Source of the DNA: an uncultured Alphaproteobacteria bacterium
GTDB taxonomy: Bacteria > Pseudomonadota > Alphaproteobacteria > Acetobacterales > Acetobacteraceae
DNA: 64,000 nucleotides
Assembly: GCA_963819305.1 (NCBI GenBank)
Contig: CAWFVP010000001.1
Location: 748,131-812,130 of the forward strand
Reading direction: 5' to 3'
The position numbers were made by a program, and so were the translations under genes. The notes under the pieces were generated by a model that searched no databases, had not been told where the DNA came from, and was given only the letters and a program-made list of their open reading frames with translations. This document shows positions 30,604-39,881 of the stretch, in pieces. Every line of letters starts with the position of its first letter. Positions within the stretch are counted from its first letter, which is position 1.

Positions 30604-31308
30604 ATGGACCCGCGCGACTCGGCATTGGTGTTGTTCTCCGGCGGCCAGGATTCCGCCACGTGCCTCGCCTGGGCACTCGACCGCTATGCGCGGGTCGAGA
30701 CGGTGGGTTTTTCCTATGGCCAGCGCCATGCCGTCGAGCTGGAGTGCCGGATGCCGGTCCGCGACGGATTGGCTGAATTGCGGGGCTGGGGAGAACGCCT
30801 GGGCGATGACCATATGGTCGAGATCGGGCCGGGGCTTGCTGCCCTTGGCGCCACGGCGTTGACGAGCGATGCCGAGATCCTCATGACGGCGGAAGGGGTG
30901 CCGAACACCTTCGTGCCCGGCCGCAACCTGCTGTTCTTCACCTATGCCGCCGCCATCGCCTACCGGCGCGGCCTGCGGCGGATCATCGGCGGGATGTGCG
31001 AGACCGACTACTCCGGCTACCCCGACTGCCGGGACGACACCATCAAGGCCATGCAACTGGCGCTGAACCTCGGCATGAACCGCCGCTTCGTGCTGGAGAC
31101 GCCGCTGATGTGGCTCGACAAGGGCGCGACCTGGGCGCTGGCTGATCGGCTGGGCGGCTCGGCGTTGGTCGATCTCGTCACCGAGCACACCCATTCCTGC
31201 TATCTGGGAGATCGCCGCCAGCGGCATCCCTGGGGCTATGGCTGCGGCACCTGCCCAGCCTGTGTGTTGCGCGCCGATGGCTGGAACTCCTGGCGGCAGA
31301 CCCGATGA
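30604..31308 (+). CDS. queC: 7-cyano-7-deazaguanine (preQ0) synthase
   Basis: [14 protein letters not shown]-loop, [25 protein letters not shown], and a C-terminal Zn cluster C..CGTCPAC. Collinear with E. coli QueC as I recall it. Confidence 0.92.
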   Translation: MDPRDSALVLFSGGQDSATCLAWALDRYARVETVGFSYGQRHAVELECRMPVRDGLAELRGWGERLGDDHMVEIGPGLAALGATALTSDAEILMTAEGVPNTFVPGRNLLFFTYAAAIAYRRGLRRIIGGMCETDYSGYPDCRDDTIKAMQLALNLGMNRRFVLETPLMWLDKGATWALADRLGGSALVDLVTEHTHSCYLGDRRQRHPWGYGCGTCPACVLRADGWNSWRQTR

Positions 31309-32549
31309 AGTTCCGGTTCCTGCACGCCGCCGACCTGCATATCGACTCGCCTCTGCGTGGCCTCGAGGATGATCCGGGCGCCCCGGCCGAACTGATCCGC
31401 AATGCCACCCGCCGCGCCTTCGGCAACCTGGTCGACATGGCGCTGGAGGAGGACGTCGCCTTCGTGCTGATTGCCGGCGACGTCTATGACGGCGACTGGC
31501 CGGATTATCGCACCGGGCATTTCTTCATGAACCAGGTGCTGCGGCTGACCCGCGCCGGGAAGCGGGTGTTCGTCATTCACGGCAACCACGACGCCGCCAA
31601 CCGGATGACTCAGTCGCTGCGCGCGCCTGAGGGAATGACGGTGTTCGCGACGAAGCGGGCCCACACCCACCGGCTGGAAGAGTTCGGCGTCGCCATCCAC
31701 GGCCAGAGCTTCGCCGAGCAGCGGACCACGGCCAACCTGGCGCAGGGCTACCCCGCCGCGGTGCCGGGGTGGCTGAACATCGGCATGCTGCACACCGCCG
31801 CGGGACGTGGCGGACACGAGAACTACGCGCCCTGCACGCCCCAGGAACTGGCCGAGCGCGGCTACGACTACTGGGCACTGGGGCATGTGCATACGCGTGA
31901 GATCCTTTCGACGGCACCCTGGATCGTATTCCCGGGGAACCTGCAGGGCCGGCATGCGAACGAGGTCGGCGAGAAGGGTGCCAGCCTGGTCAGCGTCGCA
32001 GATGGCCGGATCACCGGCGTGGAACATCGCGTCCTGGACGCCTTCCGATGGGCGCATGTCGCGGTGGACCTGACCGGCCATGCGTCGGAAGACGCGGCGC
32101 TGGCGACGGTGCAGGCGGCGCTGACCGGGGCGCTTGCCGCAGCCGGCGACCGGCACCTTGCGGCGCGGGTGCTGCTGGAGGGTGCCACGCCGCTGCACGG
32201 CGGGTTCGCCGCGGATGCCCCGGCGTTGCGCGAGCGGGTGCTGCACGAGGCGCGGCAGGTCGATCCGCACCGGCTGTGGATCGAGGCGGTGCGGTTGCGC
32301 ACCCGCCCGGTCGTCGATCTCGGGGCGCTGCGCGGACGCGGCGATGCCCTGGGCCTGCTGGTAGAGCAGATCGAGACGCTGGCGGAGGCGCCGCCGGCCG
32401 ACCTGCTCGGCAGTTTCGCCGCCGACCTGTTGAGCAAGCTGCCCGCCGGGTTGCTCGCCGAAGACCACCCGCTGCGCGATCCCGCCGGCGCTGAAATCAT
32501 GGCCCGGGCGCGCGACCTCCTGCTGGCCGCTTTGGCGCAAGGCGAATGA
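31305..32549 (+). CDS. SbcD/Mre11-like metallophosphoesterase (YhaO-type DNA exonuclease)
   Basis: All calcineurin-like motifs are present: [22 protein letters not shown]. The ATG overlaps the queC stop (ATGA). Confidence 0.85.
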   Translation: MKFRFLHAADLHIDSPLRGLEDDPGAPAELIRNATRRAFGNLVDMALEEDVAFVLIAGDVYDGDWPDYRTGHFFMNQVLRLTRAGKRVFVIHGNHDAANRMTQSLRAPEGMTVFATKRAHTHRLEEFGVAIHGQSFAEQRTTANLAQGYPAAVPGWLNIGMLHTAAGRGGHENYAPCTPQELAERGYDYWALGHVHTREILSTAPWIVFPGNLQGRHANEVGEKGASLVSVADGRITGVEHRVLDAFRWAHVAVDLTGHASEDAALATVQAALTGALAAAGDRHLAARVLLEGATPLHGGFAADAPALRERVLHEARQVDPHRLWIEAVRLRTRPVVDLGALRGRGDALGLLVEQIETLAEAPPADLLGSFAADLLSKLPAGLLAEDHPLRDPAGAEIMARARDLLLAALAQGE

Positions 32550-32550
32550 G

Positions 32551-35500
32551 ATGCGGCTGAGCAGCCTGACGCTCGAACGCTACGGCCCGTTCCGCAACTG
32601 CGTGTTCGAATTCGATCCCGCTCCCGGCCGGCTGAACCTGCTGCTGGCACCGAACGGATACGGCAAGTCGGTGGTTCGCCAGGCGCTGCGCGATCTGCTG
32701 TTCGGCATCCATCCGCAGACCCCGATGAGCTATCTGCACGGCACCCAGCAAATGCGTCTGCGGGCCGACATCGTCACCGCCGAGGGCGCTCGCACCCTGG
32801 TGAGGCGCAAGGGCCAGGGCAACACGCTGGCCGATGCCGCCGGGCAGGAGATATCGCCGGCCGAGATCAAGCGGATGCTGGGTGGCGCCGACGACATGTT
32901 GTTCCGCGAATTGTTTGCGCTCGACACCGAACTGCTTCGCGCTGGCGGTCTCTCCCTGCTGCAATCGGACGGTCGGCTCGGCCAGGTGCTGTTTGCCGGC
33001 GGCGGCGGGCTCGGCCGGGTGCGGGGATTGCTGGACGACCTGGTGAAGCGGCGTGACGAGATCGGCCGCGCCGATCTGCGGCAACGCACCAAACCGCTTT
33101 GGGCGGCGGTCGCGACGATCGAGCAGGCCCGGAACGACATCCGCACCAGCGCGATGCGGCCTGAGGCATGGCGGGCGCTCGAGCAGCGCGTGGGGGATGC
33201 CGCGGCGGCGCTCGCGGAGATTCGCCGCACCCGGGCGGCAGCCGAATCACGGCTGGATCGCCTGCGCCTGCTGCGCGCCATCCGTGCGCCATTGAAGGCG
33301 CGGCGCGATGCCATGCAGGTATTGGCCGAAGCGGGCGACGTGCCGCGGCTCGACGCCGGCTTCGAGAAAATCTGGCGGGAGGCGCTCGCGGCCCATAACG
33401 AGGCGGCCAGCGCCGCCTCCGCCACGGCCCAGCAGGCGGAGGCGCAGCGGACGTCGCATGTCGCCGTCATGTTCGATCAACGGCTCGTGGACGCTGCCGA
33501 CGATATCGCGGCCCTGACGAACCTGCGGACGATCGCGTCGCAGGCGCGTGCAGACCTGCCACAGGTGGAACGGCAGATGGCCGAGGCAGCGGCGGCAGCC
33601 GCCCGGCTGCGTGGCGAACTCGGTTGGACCGACGAAATCGGCCTGCCGCCGGCAGCGGCGGTCCGGGAGGCGCGACAGCAGATGAACCGCCATGCCGGGC
33701 TTGCGGCAGCGGCTGCCCAGGCGACGCGCGAGCATGCGGCGGTCGTGCGCCGCCAGGACATTGCCCGCGATGTCCTGGCGGCCATGCCGACACCGCCCGA
33801 CCTGACTGGCGCAGTCGCACTGGTGGCGGCGTTGCGGGCACAGGGCGATCCTGCGGCAAGGCTGGAGGCCGCCCGCGCGCGCACCCGCCAGGCAGCGGCC
33901 GAACTGCGGATGGCCCTCGACGACATTCCCGGCGTGCGGCTGACCGAGGCGATGCTGGAGACCACCACCTCCCCATCTGCTGCCACCCTGGCGCTGATCG
34001 AATCCGATTGGTCGAACGCGGCCGCGGCGGAGCAGGCCGCGAATGGCGAATGCCGCCGGATCGCCCGCGAAACCGCCGCCCTCGAAGCGGAGCTCGCCAG
34101 CCTGACGGCCAGGGCCGCGCTGCCGCCACCCGACGCATTGGCGCAGGCACGAACGCGGCGGGACCGGCTGTGGTCGATCATCCATCGCGGCAATTTTCCC
34201 GATCAAACCGGGCCGCTCGACGCGACGGAAATATATGCCGCCGCCGGCGACACGCCGCTGCCGATTGCGTTTGACCGTGCCGTGCACGAGGCCGACGCGG
34301 TCGCCGACGCGCTGGTCGCGCACAGCACCGAAGTAGCTCAGGCGGCGGCCTTGCGGGAACGCCTGGAGGCGTTGCGGAACGACGCTTCGGTCGCCGATGC
34401 CGGTCTCGCGCAGGCTGCGGCCGCCGTCGTCGCGGCGCAGGCCGCGTTGGCGCGGATTGCGGCCGCCGCGGGCAGTTCGGAGGCTCCCGGCCCAACCGCG
34501 CTGCGAGACTTCCTGGCAGCCCGGCAGGCTGCCGCGGAACGTCGGAGCGCTCTACTGCGGACGGTCGCGGACGAAGCCGACCTGACCGCTGCGATGCTGC
34601 AGCAGGCTGGCTTGCTGGCAGCGTCGATGGAGCCAACCGCAGACCTCGAAGCAATCGAGCTGGCCGGGCTGCCGGCGTTGCTCGCCCGGGTCGACCAGTC
34701 GATCGAAGTGGCGCGTGCCCTGGTTGGCCGCCGGGAGGAACAGGCTAGGCAACTGCGTGATCTGCAAACCGAAGTGGAGGGGCGCCATTCGGCAATGCAG
34801 CGCGCGACTGCAGAGATGGCCGATTGGTCAGCCGCCTGGAGCCGAATGCTGGCATCGCTCGGGCGACCCGGCGACGAGCCGATCGCCGCGACGGAGAACG
34901 CGCTCGACCTGATCGAGGAACTGCGCAAGCAGGAGCAGGAGCAGCGCGCCCTGGCGCCCCGGGTCGCCGACATGCAGGCGTCGATCGCCCGCTTCGCCGC
35001 CGCGGCGCAGCAACTCGTCGGCATGCTGGCGGAGGATCTTGCGGGCGTCGACCCGATGCAGGCGGCAACCGAGCTGGCGCGCCGGGCCCAGGCCGAGCGG
35101 GAACGCGCGGTCAGGGCCGACACCCTGCATCGCGCGCTGCTGGCGGCCGAGCAGTCCGCGGAGGTCGCGCGGCTGGGCGCCGAAGCCGCCTCCCGCCGGC
35201 TGGCCGGTTTGCGCGCCGCCTTGCACGCCGAGACCGACGCCGCTGCCGAAGCGCAGTTGCTGCGCGCGCGCGCGGCCATTGCCGCCGAAGCGGCACTGGC
35301 CGAGGCGACGGCACAACTCGGCGCAATCGGTGCCGGACAACCCATTGCCGAACTGGAACAGCTTGCGGCGGAGTCCGATCCCGATACCGAGGCCGTTGAA
35401 GCCGCAGAGCTCACCGAGCAGCTCACAGCACTCGCCGGACAGGTTGAAGCGTTGGCGGCGGAACAGCGCAGCGCCGATGAGGCGATGCTCCGGAGCGAGG

Positions 35501-36075
35501 CCGAGACAAACACCGCCGCCGCCGCCAGCCGACGAGAGAGCGGCGTTGCCGCCCTGTCGAACGCGGCGGAACAGGCGCTGGTGCTGCATGCCGCCATCTG
35601 CCTTTTGCGAGCCGGGTTGGACCGGCAGCGAGAGTTGTCCGAATCCGGAATGGTCGGCCGCATCGGCGCGGCGTTCAATGCGATTACCGCGGGCGCCTAT
35701 GCCGGAGTGACCGTGGAGGAATCCGGCCGCGGACAGCGGCTGGTGGCGGTCGAAGCGGATGGCGGCGGCCGCAAGCAACTCGACGAACTGTCCGAGGGCA
35801 GCCGCGACCAGCTTTATCTGGCCCTGCGCATCGTCGCCCTGGAAGAGTTCGCCGCCGGCTCACCGGCTCCGCCGTTCATCGCCGACGACGTGCTGCAGAC
35901 ATTCGACGATGCAAGGACGCTGGCGAGCCTGCGCGCGCTCGTCGACCTCAGCCGGCACGTCCAGGTGATTGCGATGACCCACCATCCGCATGTCGCGGCG
36001 CTGGCCGGATCGCTGCCGAAGGGCCACGTCCACATCGTTGCCATTCGCGAAGAGGCGTTTCAGGCGAGGGCCTGA
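32551..36075 (+). CDS. YhaN/SbcC-like AAA ATPase with long coiled coil (1174 aa)
   Basis: N-terminal Walker A LLAPNGYGKS. About 900 aa of Ala/Glu/Arg/Leu-rich helical region. C-terminal signature and Walker B, LSEGSRDQLYLALR...PPFIADDVLQTFDD. Starts 1 nt after the SbcD-like stop. Confidence 0.8.
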   Translation: MRLSSLTLERYGPFRNCVFEFDPAPGRLNLLLAPNGYGKSVVRQALRDLLFGIHPQTPMSYLHGTQQMRLRADIVTAEGARTLVRRKGQGNTLADAAGQEISPAEIKRMLGGADDMLFRELFALDTELLRAGGLSLLQSDGRLGQVLFAGGGGLGRVRGLLDDLVKRRDEIGRADLRQRTKPLWAAVATIEQARNDIRTSAMRPEAWRALEQRVGDAAAALAEIRRTRAAAESRLDRLRLLRAIRAPLKARRDAMQVLAEAGDVPRLDAGFEKIWREALAAHNEAASAASATAQQAEAQRTSHVAVMFDQRLVDAADDIAALTNLRTIASQARADLPQVERQMAEAAAAAARLRGELGWTDEIGLPPAAAVREARQQMNRHAGLAAAAAQATREHAAVVRRQDIARDVLAAMPTPPDLTGAVALVAALRAQGDPAARLEAARARTRQAAAELRMALDDIPGVRLTEAMLETTTSPSAATLALIESDWSNAAAAEQAANGECRRIARETAALEAELASLTARAALPPPDALAQARTRRDRLWSIIHRGNFPDQTGPLDATEIYAAAGDTPLPIAFDRAVHEADAVADALVAHSTEVAQAAALRERLEALRNDASVADAGLAQAAAAVVAAQAALARIAAAAGSSEAPGPTALRDFLAARQAAAERRSALLRTVADEADLTAAMLQQAGLLAASMEPTADLEAIELAGLPALLARVDQSIEVARALVGRREEQARQLRDLQTEVEGRHSAMQRATAEMADWSAAWSRMLASLGRPGDEPIAATENALDLIEELRKQEQEQRALAPRVADMQASIARFAAAAQQLVGMLAEDLAGVDPMQAATELARRAQAERERAVRADTLHRALLAAEQSAEVARLGAEAASRRLAGLRAALHAETDAAAEAQLLRARAAIAAEAALAEATAQLGAIGAGQPIAELEQLAAESDPDTEAVEAAELTEQLTALAGQVEALAAEQRSADEAMLRSEAETNTAAAASRRESGVAALSNAAEQALVLHAAICLLRAGLDRQRELSESGMVGRIGAAFNAITAGAYAGVTVEESGRGQRLVAVEADGGGRKQLDELSEGSRDQLYLALRIVALEEFAAGSPAPPFIADDVLQTFDDARTLASLRALVDLSRHVQVIAMTHHPHVAALAGSLPKGHVHIVAIREEAFQARA

Positions 36076-38211
36076 TCAGGCCACCATGCGATTGGTGGTC
36101 GACAGCATCACCGCGGCCGGATCGCCCTTCAGGACCTCGTAGCTGGTTTCCTCGCCCGTCCGCCAGAAGCGGATGTCGAACACCTGGTCGCCGAGCTTCA
36201 ATTCGCTGAGCGTCACGTCCGGCAGCCAGGCGGGCAGGCTCGGGTCCAGCAGCAGCCGTTGGTTCGGTGCGTCCGGCTCGAGCCCCAACATCGCCTGCAG
36301 GAACGCGAAGGCGGAACCCGCCGCCCAGGCCTGCGGCACGTTGCTGCCGAGATAGGGAACCGGGAAGACCGCACCGTTCATGGCGATGCCGGCGAACAAC
36401 TCCGGCATCTGGTGCCCGCCGAAGAAGCTCGCGGCGCCGCTGATCGCCCGCGCGACGCGCGCTGCCTCAACGCCGAAGCCATAGCGCTTGAGCCCCCGCG
36501 CGAGAATGCCGTTGTCATGCGGCCACACCGAGCCATTATGATACGAGTACGGATTGAATGCCGGATGCGCCGCCGACAGGGTGCGCACCCCCCAGCCGCT
36601 GAACATGTCCGGCTGCATCAGCCGGTCCGCCACCCGCCGGGCGCGATCCTGGCGGATGATGCCGGTCCACATGCAATGCCCGACATTGGACGAGACGCTC
36701 AGTACCGGCTTCTTGTCACCGTCCAGCGAGAAGGCATAGAAGCCGAACTCCTCATCCCAGAATGCCTCGTTGAAACGCTCGAACAGCGCCTGCGCCTTGG
36801 CGCGCATCTCCTTGGCGCGGCCGGCGTTGCCGAGGGCCTCGTAGAGCTCCGCCATCCCGATCCAGCCGGCATAGACGTAGCCCTGCAACTCGCACAGCGC
36901 CTTGGGTCCCTTGACCAGCGAGCCGTCGGGATAGACCACGGCGTCGGCCGCGTCCTTCCAGCCCATGTTCTCGTACCCCTGCGGCGAACGGGTCTGGTAT
37001 TCCTGGAAGCCGTCCCCGTCGCGGTCGCCATAGTCGTCGATCCAGGCGAGGCAGCGTTCGGCGGTCTCCATGTGGCTCTGCACCAGCCCGAGGTCGCCGG
37101 TCCAGCGCCAGGTGTCGTGCAGCAGCATCAGATACAGCGGCGTCGCGTCGGCGGTGCCGTAGTACGGCGTGTGCGGGATGAGCTTGAAATGCGCCAGTTC
37201 GCCGAGCCGCAGTTCATGCATGATCTTGCCGGGTTCGGCATCCCTGAAATCGTCGCGCTCGCGGGCCTGGCTCGCACCCAGCAGGGTCAGCGAACCCCTG
37301 GCGAAATCGGTGTTTAGCATGGCGGTCTGCAGCGAGACGATCAGGCTGTCGCGGCCGAACAGCACCATGAACCAAGGCAATCCCGCCGCCGGCACCATCT
37401 GGCCGTCCAAGGTGAGCCGCAGCGAGGCCAGGTCGTCCACCGCCTGGCGGAACAGCCGGTAGAATTCCTCGTTGCTGCTGTTCAGCTTCAACGCGCGGCG
37501 CCGCCATTCGGCAAGCTGCAGCGCCGGCGTCGTCGTCCCGGAATCGTGGATGCAGGGGGTCGGCGCGCCGATCACCTCGTCGTCGGCTTCCAATTCATAC
37601 AGCAGGCAGGAATGCCACGTCTCGAGCGGCTTCAGCGTCACCTCGAAACTGAGGCGGCCGTTCGCGTACTGGACCGGACAGTCGCCGACCGCGGTCACGC
37701 ACAGGGCGCGGTGAAAGTCGGCGTTGTCGTAGGTGGTGCGCAGGCGCTGCTTCTCGGTCGACCACTCGGTGGAGATGCGGCCGCGCCGGACCATCTGGCC
37801 GGACTTCACTTCGAACACATCGGCGAAGTCGGAGCGGATCATCACCTCGAGATTGAAGCGCACGGTGTTGCGGCCATAGTTCACCAGCTCGAGATCTTCG
37901 TGCACGCCACCGCTGATATAGCGGCCGAGCATCAGCCCGATCGTCTTCGGCGCGATCACGCCGTCGCGGGTGACGATCTGGCGGTTGGTCAGAAATACCT
38001 GGGCGGCAAACGGCGTGATGGCACCGGCATTCAGCAGGTCCCACGGAACGCCGTCGGCATACATGGTCCAGTTGCTGATCAGCCTGGTATCGCGAAACAG
38101 CAGGCCCTTCTTCTCGTCCATGGTGACCTGGCCGTCGAGTTCGCTGGTCCAGACGATGCCGTCCTCGTGAATGACAAGCTGCGGCGAGCCGATGGTGATT
38201 TCCAGAGGCAT
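36076..38211 (-). CDS. amylo-alpha-1,6-glucosidase / glycogen-debranching-enzyme family protein
   Basis: 711-aa ORF. GDE_N-like N-terminus plus an (alpha/alpha)6 C-domain (FGRDSLI..., YYGTADATPL, YHNGSVWPHDN). Its stop abuts the convergent YhaN-like stop (TGATCA). Confidence 0.85.
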   Translation of the reverse strand: MPLEITIGSPQLVIHEDGIVWTSELDGQVTMDEKKGLLFRDTRLISNWTMYADGVPWDLLNAGAITPFAAQVFLTNRQIVTRDGVIAPKTIGLMLGRYISGGVHEDLELVNYGRNTVRFNLEVMIRSDFADVFEVKSGQMVRRGRISTEWSTEKQRLRTTYDNADFHRALCVTAVGDCPVQYANGRLSFEVTLKPLETWHSCLLYELEADDEVIGAPTPCIHDSGTTTPALQLAEWRRRALKLNSSNEEFYRLFRQAVDDLASLRLTLDGQMVPAAGLPWFMVLFGRDSLIVSLQTAMLNTDFARGSLTLLGASQARERDDFRDAEPGKIMHELRLGELAHFKLIPHTPYYGTADATPLYLMLLHDTWRWTGDLGLVQSHMETAERCLAWIDDYGDRDGDGFQEYQTRSPQGYENMGWKDAADAVVYPDGSLVKGPKALCELQGYVYAGWIGMAELYEALGNAGRAKEMRAKAQALFERFNEAFWDEEFGFYAFSLDGDKKPVLSVSSNVGHCMWTGIIRQDRARRVADRLMQPDMFSGWGVRTLSAAHPAFNPYSYHNGSVWPHDNGILARGLKRYGFGVEAARVARAISGAASFFGGHQMPELFAGIAMNGAVFPVPYLGSNVPQAWAAGSAFAFLQAMLGLEPDAPNQRLLLDPSLPAWLPDVTLSELKLGDQVFDIRFWRTGEETSYEVLKGDPAAVMLSTTNRMVA

Positions 38212-38334
38212 GTCGTTGTCCTGTGGGGTTTCAGCTTTGGATGGTCTCGGACAGGGCGCTTCGGGTTCCGTCGAACCGGGGAATGCCCAGCCGTGTGGAC
38301 CGTGCCTGAACGCGCGGCCGGCGGGTGGGTTCTA

Positions 38335-39705
38335 TCAGGCGGGTTGGGCCACCGCCAGGGAGGGTGCTGTCTCCGGCAACATCTGCCAGGCCAGCAGCAA
38401 TGCTGCCACCCCCATCATCGCCAGGGCCACGAACGCGGCAGGGTCGCCAAGATGGTCGGAGATGACGCCGGCCAACAACGTGCTGAGGCTGGCGCCGACG
38501 CCGATCGCCAGCAGGACCACGCTCATCGCCAGGTTGAAGCGACCGGCGTAGCGGGTCAGATCTGCAACCACCAAGGGCACCATCAGCCCCAGTACCGCGG
38601 CGCTCAGCCCGTCCAGCACCTGGAAGGCGATGATCAACGCAGGATCGCTGGTGGTGGACAGCAGCAGTGCCCGCACCGGAAGCGCCACGAGCCCCAGGAG
38701 CAGCACCGGCCGGCGGCCCCAGGTTTCGGCGAGCCGGCCCATGCGCGGCGAGAATATGGCGGCGAGCACTTGCGGCACGAAGATCGCGGCGGCGATCACG
38801 AGATCGGCGGCACGGCCATGCGTGTGCGTCACCGCGTTGGCCGCGATCGGCAGCACCGCCGCGTTGCCGAGCTGAAACAGCCCCATGCAGGCGGCGAAGA
38901 TGAGCAGCGGGCGATCGAGCATGACCCGCCGCTTCGGCGGCGGCCTGCCGGTCCTGGACCTGACCGGCACCGCGGCCGGATGGGGCGTGCGGGTCGGCCC
39001 GGCGTAGACGTCCCCGGGGTGGATGGCGCGCAGCGCGAGCAGCGCCGCGACGCCGCAGCCGGCACCCAGGAAGAAGATGACGCGATGCGAGAAATAATAT
39101 CCGATCGCACCCATCACCGCGGCCGCCACGCCGCTGCCGATGGCCGCGAACTGGACGTTCTCCCCCAGCCGCTCGCCCAGCGCATCGGCGCGGGCCAGCG
39201 TCAGGGTGATGGCGGCGATCGCCGGGGTCAGCATGCAGCTGGCGCCCCCGTGTAGGATCTCGGCGAACATGACTGCCCACAGGCTGGGCCACAGCCCGAT
39301 CATCAGCGCGCTGGCGGCAATCGCCAGGATCGCCACGCCGGCCGCGAAATGCTTGCTGTGCACCGCGTCGACCAACGCGCCCGCCGGCACCTGCAACACC
39401 ATGACGGTAACCGTGCCCACGGTCAGCGCAAGACCGATATCAGTGCCGCTCCAGCCATGGGAGGTCAGGTACACGGCTAGAAAGCCGCCGAACGCGGTCT
39501 GCATCTGACCGACCAGGAGGTTGAGCCAGCTGAGGCTGCGGAGGCTGCGAGCGATCACGAAGAGGGTTCTAAACCGTTCCCACGCGCGCCGACGAGGGGA
39601 TGAATGCGAAAGGACGTCGAAAGCCGGAATGTTTGCAATCGCGATCGGAGAGAATGTGCCGATGCCGGTTAAATCCATGGCCACATCGCCGGCAAGTCCG
39701 TCCAC
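38335..39705 (-). CDS. MFS transporter
   Basis: About 12 TM segments with an MFS-like loop 2-3. Start is 39705 (GTG) or 39678 (ATG). Confidence 0.8.
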   Translation of the reverse strand: MDGLAGDVAMDLTGIGTFSPIAIANIPAFDVLSHSSPRRRAWERFRTLFVIARSLRSLSWLNLLVGQMQTAFGGFLAVYLTSHGWSGTDIGLALTVGTVTVMVLQVPAGALVDAVHSKHFAAGVAILAIAASALMIGLWPSLWAVMFAEILHGGASCMLTPAIAAITLTLARADALGERLGENVQFAAIGSGVAAAVMGAIGYYFSHRVIFFLGAGCGVAALLALRAIHPGDVYAGPTRTPHPAAVPVRSRTGRPPPKRRVMLDRPLLIFAACMGLFQLGNAAVLPIAANAVTHTHGRAADLVIAAAIFVPQVLAAIFSPRMGRLAETWGRRPVLLLGLVALPVRALLLSTTSDPALIIAFQVLDGLSAAVLGLMVPLVVADLTRYAGRFNLAMSVVLLAIGVGASLSTLLAGVISDHLGDPAAFVALAMMGVAALLLAWQMLPETAPSLAVAQPA

Positions 39706-39769
39706 TCGGTCACCCCTTGGCAGTTCCCGCGCAGGCTAATCCATCGCCGGGTGCCGGTGTTCCATTTAT

Positions 39770-39833
39770 GGCGAAAATGTGGCGTATGAAGGCCGAATTA
39801 AGGCGGGGTGTGGCTAAAATGTGGCGAGAAGGC
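39770..39833. promoter_or_regulatory. two copies of a 22-24 bp direct repeat (core AAAATGTGGCG) 42 bp apart in an AT-richer intergenic region
   Basis: GGCGAAAATGTGGCGTATGAAGGC (39770-39793) and GGCTAAAATGTGGCGAGAAGGC (39812-39833). Both lie upstream of the MFS gene and downstream of the ABC gene. Confidence 0.25.
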
Positions 39834-39881
39834 TGCTTTCCAATCTACCGTTTCTATGATTAGGATAGAGTTATCAATGTG

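Noticed and set aside
33247-35778. Several 230-450-aa minus-strand ORFs (33247..34323, 33477..34193, 34338..35678, 34828..35778)
   Set aside because: All are antisense to the 1174-aa YhaN-like ATPase. The Ala/Arg/Glu-rich coiled-coil coding sequence lacks stops in many frames.
39600-39863. 87-aa plus-strand ORF in the ABC/MFS intergenic region
   Set aside because: It spans the AT-richer spacer. Its only notable feature (AKMWR twice) is the translation of the direct DNA repeat. It has no RBS or homology signal, so I treat it as non-coding.
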